DNA from: Albugo candida
Taxonomy: Eukaryota
Length of the DNA: 64,000 nt
Reading direction: 5' to 3'
Assembly (NCBI GenBank): GCA_040437565.1
Contig: JBDOQK010000053.1
Location: 62,001 to 126,000 of the forward strand
Within the stretch, counting starts at the first letter, position 1. Each line of letters opens with the position of its first letter. The position numbers and the translations under genes are program-made. The notes beneath the pieces are model-generated. The model saw only the letters and a list, made by a program, of their open reading frames with translations, had not been told where the DNA came from and did no database searches. Of the stretch, positions 1 through 10,568 are shown piece by piece.

Positions 1-1070
1 TCAAACTCTTTCATTTCAGTCTGAGAATTCTCTATTTTTTGCTTTTTACCAGGCCGAGTCGAGTCTTCTACATGCTGCACGATACCTTCATCACAAAACA
101 AAACTGTATTCAGCCGCTGTTTTGCATATATCGAGTGCTGGCATGTCCGTGCGTTGATATCAAACACGTGGACCATCCTGTCCAGTCCGACTGCTGCCAA
201 ATATGGTAAAGTCGGATGGCGCGACAAGCTGCGAATAGCTCCATCTGGTCCGAGGAATCGTCCGAGATGTTTTAGCGTTCGAAGGTCCAACACGTCCAAA
301 CAGCCTGTCGTATCCGCCGCATACACATGCAATCCATTTGGATCGACGCACAACGCGTTGATCGGATGGTCGCCAAAATCGATGCTCTGTATGGGACGTC
401 TCTGTGTATTTGTGTCATACAAACGGATTTGATGATACCCTGTTCCAACTACAAGTCGATGACCGTTGCTGTTGCCTTGTGAGAGAAATTCGATATCTTT
501 TACCCAAACGGGAACTCGTAATTGCAGTTTATCAAACGGAACATTTTTGGCTCGAAATACTATTTGTTGTGTTTCCAACGACCAAATTTGTGCATCGACT
601 TCTTTTCCACCAATTGCAAAGTGTCTCTGCACACTTTGAGCATCTTTTTGTGGTTCGAGTCGCATGCACTCTATTCGCTCGCTCAATTTGATCACATTGC
701 CAAGTTGGTTCGTGGACGGGTTATACTCTGACACGATTCCAGAGTCCGTCACATGAAGAACAGAGCCTTTGTCTCTAATTATGTCCAAGCCAACACATTT
801 TCCTTCTTCTATTTCACTCGTCCAATTTGGGATACATTCCGACAACCGTTCATGGCGTACAGTCAGGTTCTCAATGTAGCCATTGGCTCGAGCGAGGACT
901 ATAGAATTACACGCTTGTGTGGGATTCTGATCCGCTTTGTGCCAACACATATGCTGTATCCCATGAGATCGACATTGGCTTTTCGTGCCAGTAGATAGGA
1001 TAATCTGTTCTTTTTTCTCTAATGCGATTGATTTAAGTAAACCTGTTTCGTCTCCGACCAAAACACGCAT
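1..1070 (-). CDS. WDR74: WD40 ribosome biogenesis factor WDR74/Nsa1, 3' end runs off window
   Basis: Not in ORF track. Manual translation from ATG 1070: MRVLVGDETGLLKSI...FAIGGKEVDAQIW...FRAKNVPFDKLQLRVPVW...TQRRPI...GPDGAIRSLSRHPTLPYLAAVGLDR...YAKQRLN, typical of Nsa1/WDR74. Confidence 0.85.
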   Translation of the reverse strand, partial: MRVLVGDETGLLKSIALEKKEQIILSTGTKSQCRSHGIQHMCWHKADQNPTQACNSIVLARANGYIENLTVRHERLSECIPNWTSEIEEGKCVGLDIIRDKGSVLHVTDSGIVSEYNPSTNQLGNVIKLSERIECMRLEPQKDAQSVQRHFAIGGKEVDAQIWSLETQQIVFRAKNVPFDKLQLRVPVWVKDIEFLSQGNSNGHRLVVGTGYHQIRLYDTNTQRRPIQSIDFGDHPINALCVDPNGLHVYAADTTGCLDVLDLRTLKHLGRFLGPDGAIRSLSRHPTLPYLAAVGLDRMVHVFDINARTCQHSIYAKQRLNTVLFCDEGIVQHVEDSTRPGKKQKIENSQTEMKEF

Positions 1071-1169
1071 GCTGACTTGTGTGATTTGAGCCAATCGATT
1101 AGTCTATCAATAAAGTTGATTCATTATGCGGCCAATCAGATGCTCAAAATTAATTAGATTTTGAAGGAA
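1071..1169. promoter_or_regulatory. Probable bidirectional promoter with two CCAAT boxes
   Basis: 99 bp between divergent ATGs (1070 -, 1170 +); GCCAATC at ~1090 and ~1130. Confidence 0.5.
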
Positions 1170-2208
1170 ATGTCCACAACTGATCGAAAAAAATTGATCG
1201 ACCAAAGCGTTCGCTTCCTACAACATCCGACTGTGCGAGACACTCCGCTGTCGGAGAAATTGAAATTTCTTGAGAAAAAAGGGCTGACGTCTCAGGTGAT
1301 GTTTCGAACGTGAACGGATTGCGCTGATGTCTGATCACATTGCGCGGCAGGAAATCACAAGAGCTTTGAAGGAGTATGAAGAAGCCGTCTCCAGCCAGAC
1401 AAATCAGATTGCTTCATCGATGGTATTGAGCGTGATTTCTATATGGGTTATAAGCAGTATTTCGAGTTATGTGCAAATGTAGACTGGTCTAACGAGCGGT
1501 TCTCGACTGCTCGATCGAGTTGGCGTCATTGTTGGAGGCCTTTCGGAATTCGGGTACCTTGTGTCGCTTCGATTATCTCAAGAAGGAGCAAAACTCTCCG
1601 TTGTGGACCTAGCTTCCAGGAAAGGTATCGGGAAACAACACGAAACCGATTGGAAGATCTTTTATGGCGAATCTTACGATTGGGATTTTTTCGATACATC
1701 ATACAAAACCATCGCCAACGAGTTTGATCGAATTGATTTTATTGTCAACTGTATACCAATACAAAACATTCCAATTCACAGACTCGTTGACCAAAATACT
1801 ACGATACAAGACAATCTTTTCGGAAAAGCAGCGCACGCAACGTTCTTGAGCTGCAAACGAGCCATTCATCAAATGCTGACGCAACAGAAAGAGAGCATCT
1901 GCGGTCGAATTCTTAACGTGATAACAGGTCACATCAAACACTCGTCCAAAGAGAGCTTTGAGGCAGCGGTACTCCGTCACCTCACCCACTATATTGCGAC
2001 CGAGTACGGGCCGAAAGGAATTCTTTGCAATAATATCGCAATTGATTCGACATTCTTTCCAGCGCTTTCAACCTGCGGGATAGATCAGCCACCGTCATCA
2101 GAATTTATAAAGTATGGAGAAGATGCAACCAACATGGTGCTTCATTTTGTTTCTGACCAAATTCGATGTATGAAAGGCGTAAGTGTAGTGCTACATGAGA
2201 ATGCTTAA
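1170..2208 (+). CDS. Pex14 N-terminal domain fused to SDR-like domain (exons 1170-1295, 1351-1422, 1483-2208)
   Basis: RKKLIDQSVRFLQHPTVRDTPLSEKLKFLEKKGLTSQEITRAL is Pex14_N-like; two phase-0 GT-AG introns join it in frame to RLLDRVGVIVGGLSEFGYLVSLRLSQEGAKLSVVD...EYGPKGILCNNIA (SDR-like). Confidence 0.75.
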
Positions 2209-2293
2209 CACAATGATAACACGCTATGACGGATATGATATTGACATAACGATTGTTAACTAACGTTGAGGCAACGGTAACCAGCCGCTGAAA

Positions 2294-2833
2294 ATGATTA
2301 GAATTCGGAGCATTTTGTCGTCATTGCCGCGAGCGAATGCGAATAGAACGCAGTCATTTCCTTCGATATTGAAGAAACTCAACGCACCGTATTCGTCGAC
2401 CAGCGATTTTCAATACGTTGCTCCTCCTAGAGTTTCCAGAGAAACAACCTACCGATTCGGACTGAAATTGGATGATCCTGATCAAGTACCCGCAGAAATT
2501 CGAGACAGCCCATCTTTTTCGCAATTAAAGGCCATTTTGAGCCTTTCCAACGCTTCAAAACGGGAACTGAACCAAGCACAAGTCGCCAAAGCTGTGGAAA
2601 CATTTCAACGCTTTCCAGGTGACACGGGATCAACAGAAGTTCAGATCGCAGTTATGACACAAAAAGTCGCCCGACTTACGGAACATGTAAAGACACATCG
2701 CAAAGACAATCACTCTCGTCGTGGTCTTTTGATTTTGGTGCAGAAACGAAAGAAATTGATCAAATATTTACGACGTGAGAATTTGTCAAAGTTTAGAGCG
2801 GTTGTAGGCGCTTTAGGATTACGCTTTTCGTAA
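2294..2833 (+). CDS. MRPS15: Mitochondrial ribosomal protein S15
   Basis: GDTGSTEVQIAVMTQKVARLTEHVKTHRKDNHSRRGL signature; R/S-rich presequence. Confidence 0.9.
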   Translation: MIRIRSILSSLPRANANRTQSFPSILKKLNAPYSSTSDFQYVAPPRVSRETTYRFGLKLDDPDQVPAEIRDSPSFSQLKAILSLSNASKRELNQAQVAKAVETFQRFPGDTGSTEVQIAVMTQKVARLTEHVKTHRKDNHSRRGLLILVQKRKKLIKYLRRENLSKFRAVVGALGLRFS

Positions 2834-2940
2834 CCTAATACTTCTTATTCGTTTCATTGGATTTGGATACGTTGTACACGCTGACAGTATCCATTTGACA
2901 TTACATTTCGTCAGATACCACACAAAAAAGGACCGGTCGA

Positions 2941-4010
2941 TCAGCCGTCTCGAGTCGTAATCGACCGATAGATCTCAGGTCTTCGATCTCGTAATAGACC
3001 CCAACTAGCTCGTCGGATGTGATACTTTTCCAAATCAAATGTCTCTACTAAAACTCCTTCGGATTCTCGATCGGCTACTTTTAGCAACTCTCCTGTCTGC
3101 CCCGTTATGAAGGAAGATCCAGTAAAAGTCACTTGTGCACCGTCCATTGTTTCTGTACCCACGCGATTCGATGCTATTACTGGTACCATATTTGCTGCAG
3201 CGTGTCCTTGCAAGACACGTTGCCATTGATCGCGTGGATCATTCCGCAGATCATATAGACTTGATCCCATCGCGCTGGTAAAAAACAGGATTTCCGCACC
3301 GTGTAGTACCAATCCTCGAGCCACTTCAGGATACCATTGATCGGATCCGATTGCAACACCGATCCGCCCATATCGCTGCAAAGCGTCAACTCATTACACT
3401 AAACAAAATTTGTGGTTCTTCACGTACCGTCTTGAACGCTCGAAATGGTTCATCAGAGGGCGAGAAATAATACTTTTCATTGTACCCCAAGCGATCGCTA
3501 ATGTGATGTTTTCGTATCGTTCCGAGAATGGAGCCATCTGCGTCGATGATCGCACAGGAATTATAATACGAGTTGTGGTGTCTCTCAAAAAAGGATATTG
3601 GAAGAACAACGCGCAACTCTTTCGCTAGCGATGCCATTCTTCGAATCAGTGACGAGTCAGCCACCGTAGTTGCTAATTGAAAATGGGCAGCGTTTGTTTC
3701 AATCGGAAAATATCCAAAGTGAAATAATTCTTGGAGTAGAACGATTTGTGCCCCTCGAGAAGCCGCAATGCGAATAAGTGACTCCGCTTTCTTCAAGTTC
3801 TCTTCCTGTAAGGCGCAGCACATTTGCGTAGCTGCAACCGTTATAACCTGGTACAAGCCAAGGACATGGTAACGCGTGATGGAAATAAAGTACGAGAATG
3901 TATACCCTTTCATACGTTGAGTCCTTTGACATGAAAGCACACGATAGATTGTCTAACGCCTTTTTTTGAGAAGCCGAGCTTTGCGAGGACACAGAACCTG
4001 ATCGATGCAT
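2941..4010 (-). CDS. N-carbamoylputrescine amidohydrolase-like (nitrilase superfamily), about 3 exons, catalytic Cys absent
   Basis: VAATQM, LLQELF, GYNEKYYFSP, DQWYPE, WQRVLQGHAAANMVPVIASNRVGTE, WGLLRDRRPE. Confidence 0.85.
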
Positions 4011-4094
4011 ATCTCTACTTATGGGAATTATATATATTAAAGCAGTATTACCATCAAAATCGAAAAGTATAGTGGTGTAATAAGATGTATTCTG

Positions 4095-4884
4095 TCATAC
4101 AATCACACCAATATATCGAGCTGTAGAGTATTTAGCTGTTAATTGCGGCCAATGTACGACGAATTCATCAGCAAATAGATAGAGTAATTTGCCAGTTAGA
4201 GACAAACTAGTGACTCTAGCAAAACTCTCACAGAATAAGATTTTGGGATTGAATAGTATCCCGACAAAATGATACAGCTTGACAGCTACACAAACTGGCA
4301 CAGATGTTCCTAAGGAAGGGAGTCAGACTACTTGTTATTTCTGATGATGCCGGAATGTACCTGGTCCATTACACAGCAGTAAGTCAGGTCGTTGGGTCCA
4401 AATGATGTGGAAACAAATGATAAGTGAGTGAAGCGTAGTCCAAATCGATGTGAGCCAAGATTGCCCGACCTACGTCCCATTCGATCACTCTTAACATCGA
4501 CAAGGAGATAACAATTACCTCACGGCTTCGTGGAATGACGATAAATTGATCGTTCGGGTGTAGATGTCTATCGAGTTTTGTCTTTTCGATACTCGTACTA
4601 TCTGATGAGGCCACAACGAATGTTATCGGAGAGTAGATTTCTGTATCTAATTTTCTTATCAGCTGTAGCATCTCAGTGGTGTGGCCACCGGATCCCAATA
4701 CTATCATTGTTCGAATCGTTCGAGACGGCTTTTGTTCATGTTTTTCCTCCGATTGACGATTCCTTAAAAGGGAGTTCTGCTGTAATAATAGTGTTTTCAA
4801 TCTCTGCGGAATGAGAGTGCTCCATCCTCGCCAAAGAACGAAAAAAATAAGTAGAATTATTACAACGGCAGCCACCATCTCCAA
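4095..4884 (-). CDS. ALG14: UDP-GlcNAc transferase subunit ALG14, spliced
   Basis: N-terminal TM; VLGSGGHTTEML, IPRSREV, CNGPG, ESFARVTSLSLTGKLLY. Confidence 0.9.
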
Positions 4885-5402
4885 TCGGCGTACTTAAAAG
4901 TGCGCTCCCTTTAAGTTCACAGTTCAGTAGCGCGTATGTGGTGTCATTACAACGTCGTGTGCGGATGCCCATCCACTTTAATGAAATATAGAAAAGCGTT
5001 AATGTCGTGAGACCATCGTCTTTGAAAATTCATGTCGTTCTGATGTTATTGGAGCCTTAAGGGTAGCCGCTTGTTTGTAGCGATATTCCATTCTACAACT
5101 TGATGAAAGTAGCCACTAGAGAGCTGATCGTCGTGTGCTGTGTATGTATACGTGAAGATCCTTAGAAGTGTCGCATGTGTCGCCGCATCGCGTTTACAAG
5201 TACTCGATGAGTAATCAGTGGGGAGAGACGTATGTACCTGACGATCGTCAAACATGAAAATCCACCTTAGTTATCCCAAGTGACTTGTCACTAGCGTTCG
5301 CTACCACGTTACAATCGCGTTCGCCTGGTGACCGTATCTCGAGCCTCATAGTCTTCAAATCTCACTTTGCTATTTGCTCCTCAGAATTCAAGTGAAAATA
5401 CG

Positions 5403-5966
5403 ATGGGCTCTTATATTGGCATAGCCAATGATTCTTACAGTGATTTCCATTGCAAAATAGAGCGCGATTTTGAGGCAATGAAATTGGAGCTGCGTATTGG
5501 AGGATTTGCAGCCTTGTTACTGCCATTCTTGGTCACTCCTGTAATGTTCGCGCTTGTTGGTTCGGTCGCACTATTTGGTGGGTCCCTCGTCGCTTTACAT
5601 TCGGTATCTCATCATATGGGCAAGCCGGCAGGTGTAGTCCAAGGTGCTAGTGGCGTTGTATCTCCTAACGCTGCGAATTTTTCCGATATTGTGCGTGCAA
5701 CTATCGATAAGAAATTGAAGGAGAAAGGATTTCACTTTATCAAGTCGCATGGAAAATACACTTCAGAAAAAATGATGCCGTTCAAATGGAGATCGATTGT
5801 ATGTTATTCATACTCGACGGAAGTGGACAGACTCGTTGTTAAGATATACAGAAAAGGTGCCGTGTTCAGTGCCTTCAAACATAACAACGTCAATTGGAAT
5901 TTAATATCGTCGATTATGGAAGAGCAACCTGAAGTCGTCAACATAGTCAATCGCCGAACTTCTTAG
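5403..5966 (+). CDS. Uncharacterised MGSY..ND family protein, copy A
   Basis: Intronless ORF MGSYIGIANDS..HCKI, hydrophobic segment, GF..I....YTS..R...C; paralogous to 7041 and 35726. Confidence 0.75.
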   Translation: MGSYIGIANDSYSDFHCKIERDFEAMKLELRIGGFAALLLPFLVTPVMFALVGSVALFGGSLVALHSVSHHMGKPAGVVQGASGVVSPNAANFSDIVRATIDKKLKEKGFHFIKSHGKYTSEKMMPFKWRSIVCYSYSTEVDRLVVKIYRKGAVFSAFKHNNVNWNLISSIMEEQPEVVNIVNRRTS

Positions 5967-7040
5967 ACCTTGCGGGTTGAGTCAAGTAATATGATGACAC
6001 CAAAATGATCACATATCCACTCGATGTGATTTTATCGTCAAGTCTCAGTAATCGATACATTGCGCAGCTTCTCCTATGCGATTTATACACAGCACTCGTT
6101 TTCAGATAAGAAATCTTTCGCATATCGTCGCTACTAATGAAAACACGTGTTTTTGGCAACCCATGCGGATCGTCAAATTTCAATTGTTTATCGATGGAAA
6201 CCATATCAAAAATATGCAACATTTAAAGTGCGAATACCTTCCTTGTAAATGTGTTGTATGAGTGATTGTAAAGGCTACTTTGATCTTTGACATCTCTTAT
6301 AGGCAGTACACGATATTCAATAAAATACGTCGCTGTGAGCGAGTCACCAGCTGGTCTACTCCTCGCCATAGCGACGTCGAGTAAATGTCCCGAATGAGTA
6401 GCGTAGGATAGCCGCTGTTTTCTTGCTTGATAGCTGGACATAATAGATATCCGGATGACCGAGGTACTGCGCCTTAATGACACATTCACATACTATGTCT
6501 CTCCCACGCTATCGAATGTGATCGTATACAGAGGACATGTAATTTCACTGGCAACATAGAGCAACACGGCGAATGACATATTCAATCGATTAGGGAGATC
6601 TTCTTGAGGCTAGTAGCACTGATAATCAAGAATATATGTTGTGCCATTGGACGCGACATTGCGAGTAACAATCCGCGATTTGCACTGCTTCTTCCCGTAA
6701 AACATTCCTCAGCAGGAAATCTTATCGTCTCAAGAGCGCGTTCGAGGTAAAGGAGAAGCTTAAAGTTGCGTGGTAGCCCTTAAAACTGAACGCATCCCAC
6801 TACGCTCATTCCATATTTTTGAAAAAGATACAATCACACAACGCAATAGTAAGAGTCCAGTGAGATCGTTCGACAAATAATCCAACTAATGATTTCCTAA
6901 TGACCGGAAAAAGGTGACTTATCGTCGCGTTCGGACGCAAAAGGTTTGACATTTTACATTTTACACGATCAACGACAATTTCTCGTGACCTCTTACAATC
7001 TCATTCAAAATCTGCAGTTTGGAAGACAAGTGAATACACA

Positions 7041-7619
7041 ATGGGGTCCTATGTCAGCATCATTAATGATACTCCCAGCGAGGCTTATTGTAGAGTCGAT
7101 AACACACTTACATTGAAAAAAGCATTAGCTTACGCAGCTGGTGCTTCTCTTCTATCACTGCTCCTAACTAATTGTGAGATTATCCCAATTCTGACATCAT
7201 TAGGCTTGTCTTCAATGCTTCTGACCGCTTCAGTATTGATACCTTCTCAGCGGAGCATGACCGCAGAGTTTATACGAAGTGTCGGTGCCACTGTACCTCA
7301 CGATGCGAGAGATTACAGTGAACTTTTGCATGCTACTATCGATACTAGAATGCATGTGTTTGGTTTTGACTCGATTCAGCCCAAACAAATCTACACGTCC
7401 GACACATTATCGCTTTTTGTACAACGAACAGCTTATTGTTACAATTACGTCACGCAGTCCGATATGATCACCGTCCACGTATACAGTAAGAATTTTATTT
7501 CCGATGGCTCCGCAATCCATGGCGTCGATTTGTATCCATTATCTATCATTACCACAGGCTCCTCTGAAGTCGCCAACTTTTTCAACGCAATGAGTTCAAA
7601 TCAGACATCTCGAAGTTGA
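7041..7619 (+). CDS. Uncharacterised MGSY..ND family protein, copy B
   Basis: MGSYVSIINDT..YCRV, hydrophobic segment, ATID..GF..I...YTS..R...CY, aligned by eye with copy A. Confidence 0.75.
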   Translation: MGSYVSIINDTPSEAYCRVDNTLTLKKALAYAAGASLLSLLLTNCEIIPILTSLGLSSMLLTASVLIPSQRSMTAEFIRSVGATVPHDARDYSELLHATIDTRMHVFGFDSIQPKQIYTSDTLSLFVQRTAYCYNYVTQSDMITVHVYSKNFISDGSAIHGVDLYPLSIITTGSSEVANFFNAMSSNQTSRS

Positions 7620-8285
7620 ACAAAGTTGGAGCGGAAACACTACGAGTCACAAAGATACTTTAGCACTGTGTTAATGAGGCAATATATTATCCAGGCTTTT
7701 CCCGAGGCAAAAGCTCTATGCATATCGCCTTCTTCACGTAGTGGAATTGATCTAAAGAACGACTTTTGATTAGAGGAGCAGCACTAGTGTTTCTTACTAT
7801 GAAACAGGATCATTAGTCGACCAAGCCAGGTAAGATATTCCCTCTATAAAAAAGGTTTACGAGACTGCAGTTGTAAATTAAGTTTTGACTCAAACATCCG
7901 ACGCATTGACGCCAATGTTGTGCTACTCTTTTGGCAAATGATACATGCGTGAGACTTGAAGCGTATATCTCCTTCTAAACATTGCTGACCGAGATCCGCA
8001 CTCATCAATCGTCATTGTCGACAACTATCGCGATTCGATGCAAATTGTCATGTTGAGCATCGCTTGATGTAGCAGGAAACACCGCAGAGCTATACCATAG
8101 CACATGGATAAAAGGGACTCTCAAATGGTCGATCAAGAAGCTTTCAAAAGCACAAGTAGAGCAGAGTTGACACTTTGCGATGATGCCAATTACGAAGCAG
8201 AGAACGATGAACTATCATTGCAATCACTACTTACGTTAACTGAAGCGTGCGCGAAAATAGCGTTCCCACGCCAAGCTGTGCTCCA

Positions 8286-9753
8286 ATGAAGTCTGGCCAT
8301 TCAACACGTTCCAAGACGCAACCACATGCATCACGCCGACTTTCTTCGATGACGACCATACACAATCTAAAAATCCTCATTCGTGGCGCAAAAGGAAGCG
8401 GGAAAACGTGTTTATTTCATCGATTACAAGGAANNNNNNNNNNNNNNNNNNNNNNNNNNNNNNNNNNNNNNNNNNNNNNNNNNNNNNNNNNNNNNNNNNN
8501 NNNNNNNNNNNNNNNNNNNNNNNNNNNNNNNNNTAAAAATCCTCATTCGTGGCGCAAAAGGAAGCGGGAAAACGTGTTTATTTCATCGATTACAAGGAAG
8601 ACCCATTCCTTCCGAATATCAAAGCACATATCAAATTCAAGTTGAGAAAATTCAGTGGCTGTCGAATGAATCGGTAGAGCCTGTACAGTGTGAGTTATGG
8701 GATGTTGTGGATTGCGCGTCCTCTACTGAGACCGAAATTCAGGCTTCAGCATTCGTTTTACCTCAGCATATTTCCGTGATTTCAAATGGGTCGCATACAG
8801 TTGCACCGGCTGACACAACTACTGTCAATATTTATCATCAGGCAACAAGTCTGATATTTATATTGAACATTACTGACTGGGAATCGTACACTTATGTTCG
8901 TGAAGCACTTGCACAAGTTCCTCGCCATATACCGATTGTCATACTCGGCAATTTCAGAGATAAAGGTGCAAAACGTCAAGTGTTCAAGGAGGATATCGAG
9001 GAATTGCTTAAGGCAGCTGGAATCACCGCAAATGAGGTTTTTGATGTACCCGAACCGATGTATTTCGAGTGTTGCCTGAAGAATTGCTATGGATTGAGAA
9101 CTTTACATCAGTACTTTGGCATTTCATTTTTTCATTCAAAGCTTGGAAGTTTACGGCAGCAAATATTGACTGTAGAAAAGCAGCTAACTCGGGTAAAAAG
9201 TGACGTTCAAAATAGTATAATGGAGCAGCGTTATGCTGATTATCTCAAAGAGGTCGAAGCACTTCAACGGAAATTAGAATTGGATCCCTCTGAACTAGAA
9301 GCGCGGGAAAAGTCCACTCAAGACCCTGAGGATGCTTTGATTCGTATGAGGAATGACGCGGAGGCGGTCGATCAAGATTTGCCGTCGCGCTATTCTCTCA
9401 AGGCAAACCTTTCAGATCTTAAGCTTGCATCTGATGACGACGGACCTGATCCTCATCCTTCTAGAAGCGTATTCGAAGCAGGGATGCATCTTTGTCATGG
9501 CGACAACAATGAAATAGAGAAGCATGGCGTCAACTTGAATACAGAAGTGATACCGTTGGGGATAAAGTTGGAAGATTTTCGAGTCGCAACCACGCGTCCG
9601 AGCGATTTGGACAATTTCTATTCGGACGAGGAAGATGATCATGCAGACTACGATGTGATCATCTCGCCAAAACGTCGTATAGCACAAGCAAAGGGCGCTC
9701 ATAAGCAAGCATTCCTCGACTCGGATGTTTCGTCTGATGAGATGGAACGTTGA
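8286..9753 (+). CDS. RABL6: Rab-like protein 6 (RBEL1/PARF-like GTPase), interrupted by gap with duplicated flank; start uncertain
   Basis: KILIRGAKGSGKTCLFHRLQG, ELWDVVD, GNFRD, YGLRTLHQYF, acidic C-terminus. Confidence 0.75.
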
Positions 9754-9940
9754 GAATGACGGCCAACAACGACGATGAAAGCTTTAATGACCGTCGAATT
9801 AGGGACTGCATCGATTTTGAGATAAAGGCGACATCGTGCCGAATAATAAATTGCATTCGTGGAGTAAATGGACGTGAGCCATAATCGCTACGTAAGTGGC
9901 CTCACGGTACCACGACAATCTCCTGAATCATGAATATGCG

Positions 9941-10378
9941 CTACATGGCAATTTCTTTGGCGTACTTTTCCTTTGCTTCTTTTTCCAGAACTACATTCAC
10001 TCTTCCTGTAGTTGGATCGGTTCCTAGTGGCCGTCGAAAGAGCAATATGTGCGGCTCCGGCCTACATGTGTGACAGAAAATTGTTTTTACGGACTGTGTG
10101 ACGTCAAAACGTGACTACGTACTTATGAATGGCATAATGTACCCATCCGCGACTCTGCTGTACTCCTAATTGCCGCCATTCCGCCTCTGTGAGCAATCGA
10201 TCGGGCAAACTTCGCTGCACCTCTTTTGGTAAAATCACGTGTCTAAAGAAGCGCGGGAAAGAATGTTTTAGCTGAAGATAAAAGCTTGTTGGATATTGCC
10301 TACAACAGACCTAAATTCGTACTCATCGTCGGCGTATTTCTCGGAGTATTCAATGCGCGAACTCAAGTCGTGCGTCAT
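9941..10378 (-). CDS. CKS1: Cyclin-dependent kinase regulatory subunit CKS1 (3 exons)
   Basis: Not in ORF track. Manual splice: MTHDLSSRIEYSEKYADDEYEFR|HVILPKEVQRSLPDRLLTEAEWRQLGVQQSRGWVHYAIHK|PEPHILLFRRPLGTDP. Confidence 0.92.
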
Positions 10379-10568
10379 TAGGAATGAATGTTTGGATTCA
10401 GTGNNNNNNNNNNNNNNNNNNNNNNNNNNNNNNNNNNNNNNNNNNNNNNNNNNNNNNNNNNNNNNNNNNNNNNNNNNNNNNNNNNNNNNNNNNNNNNNNN
10501 NNNCAATTCAGTTAATTGCGACGCAATTCAATTTAAATCTGCTATATCGCATAACCTTTTTCATTTTG

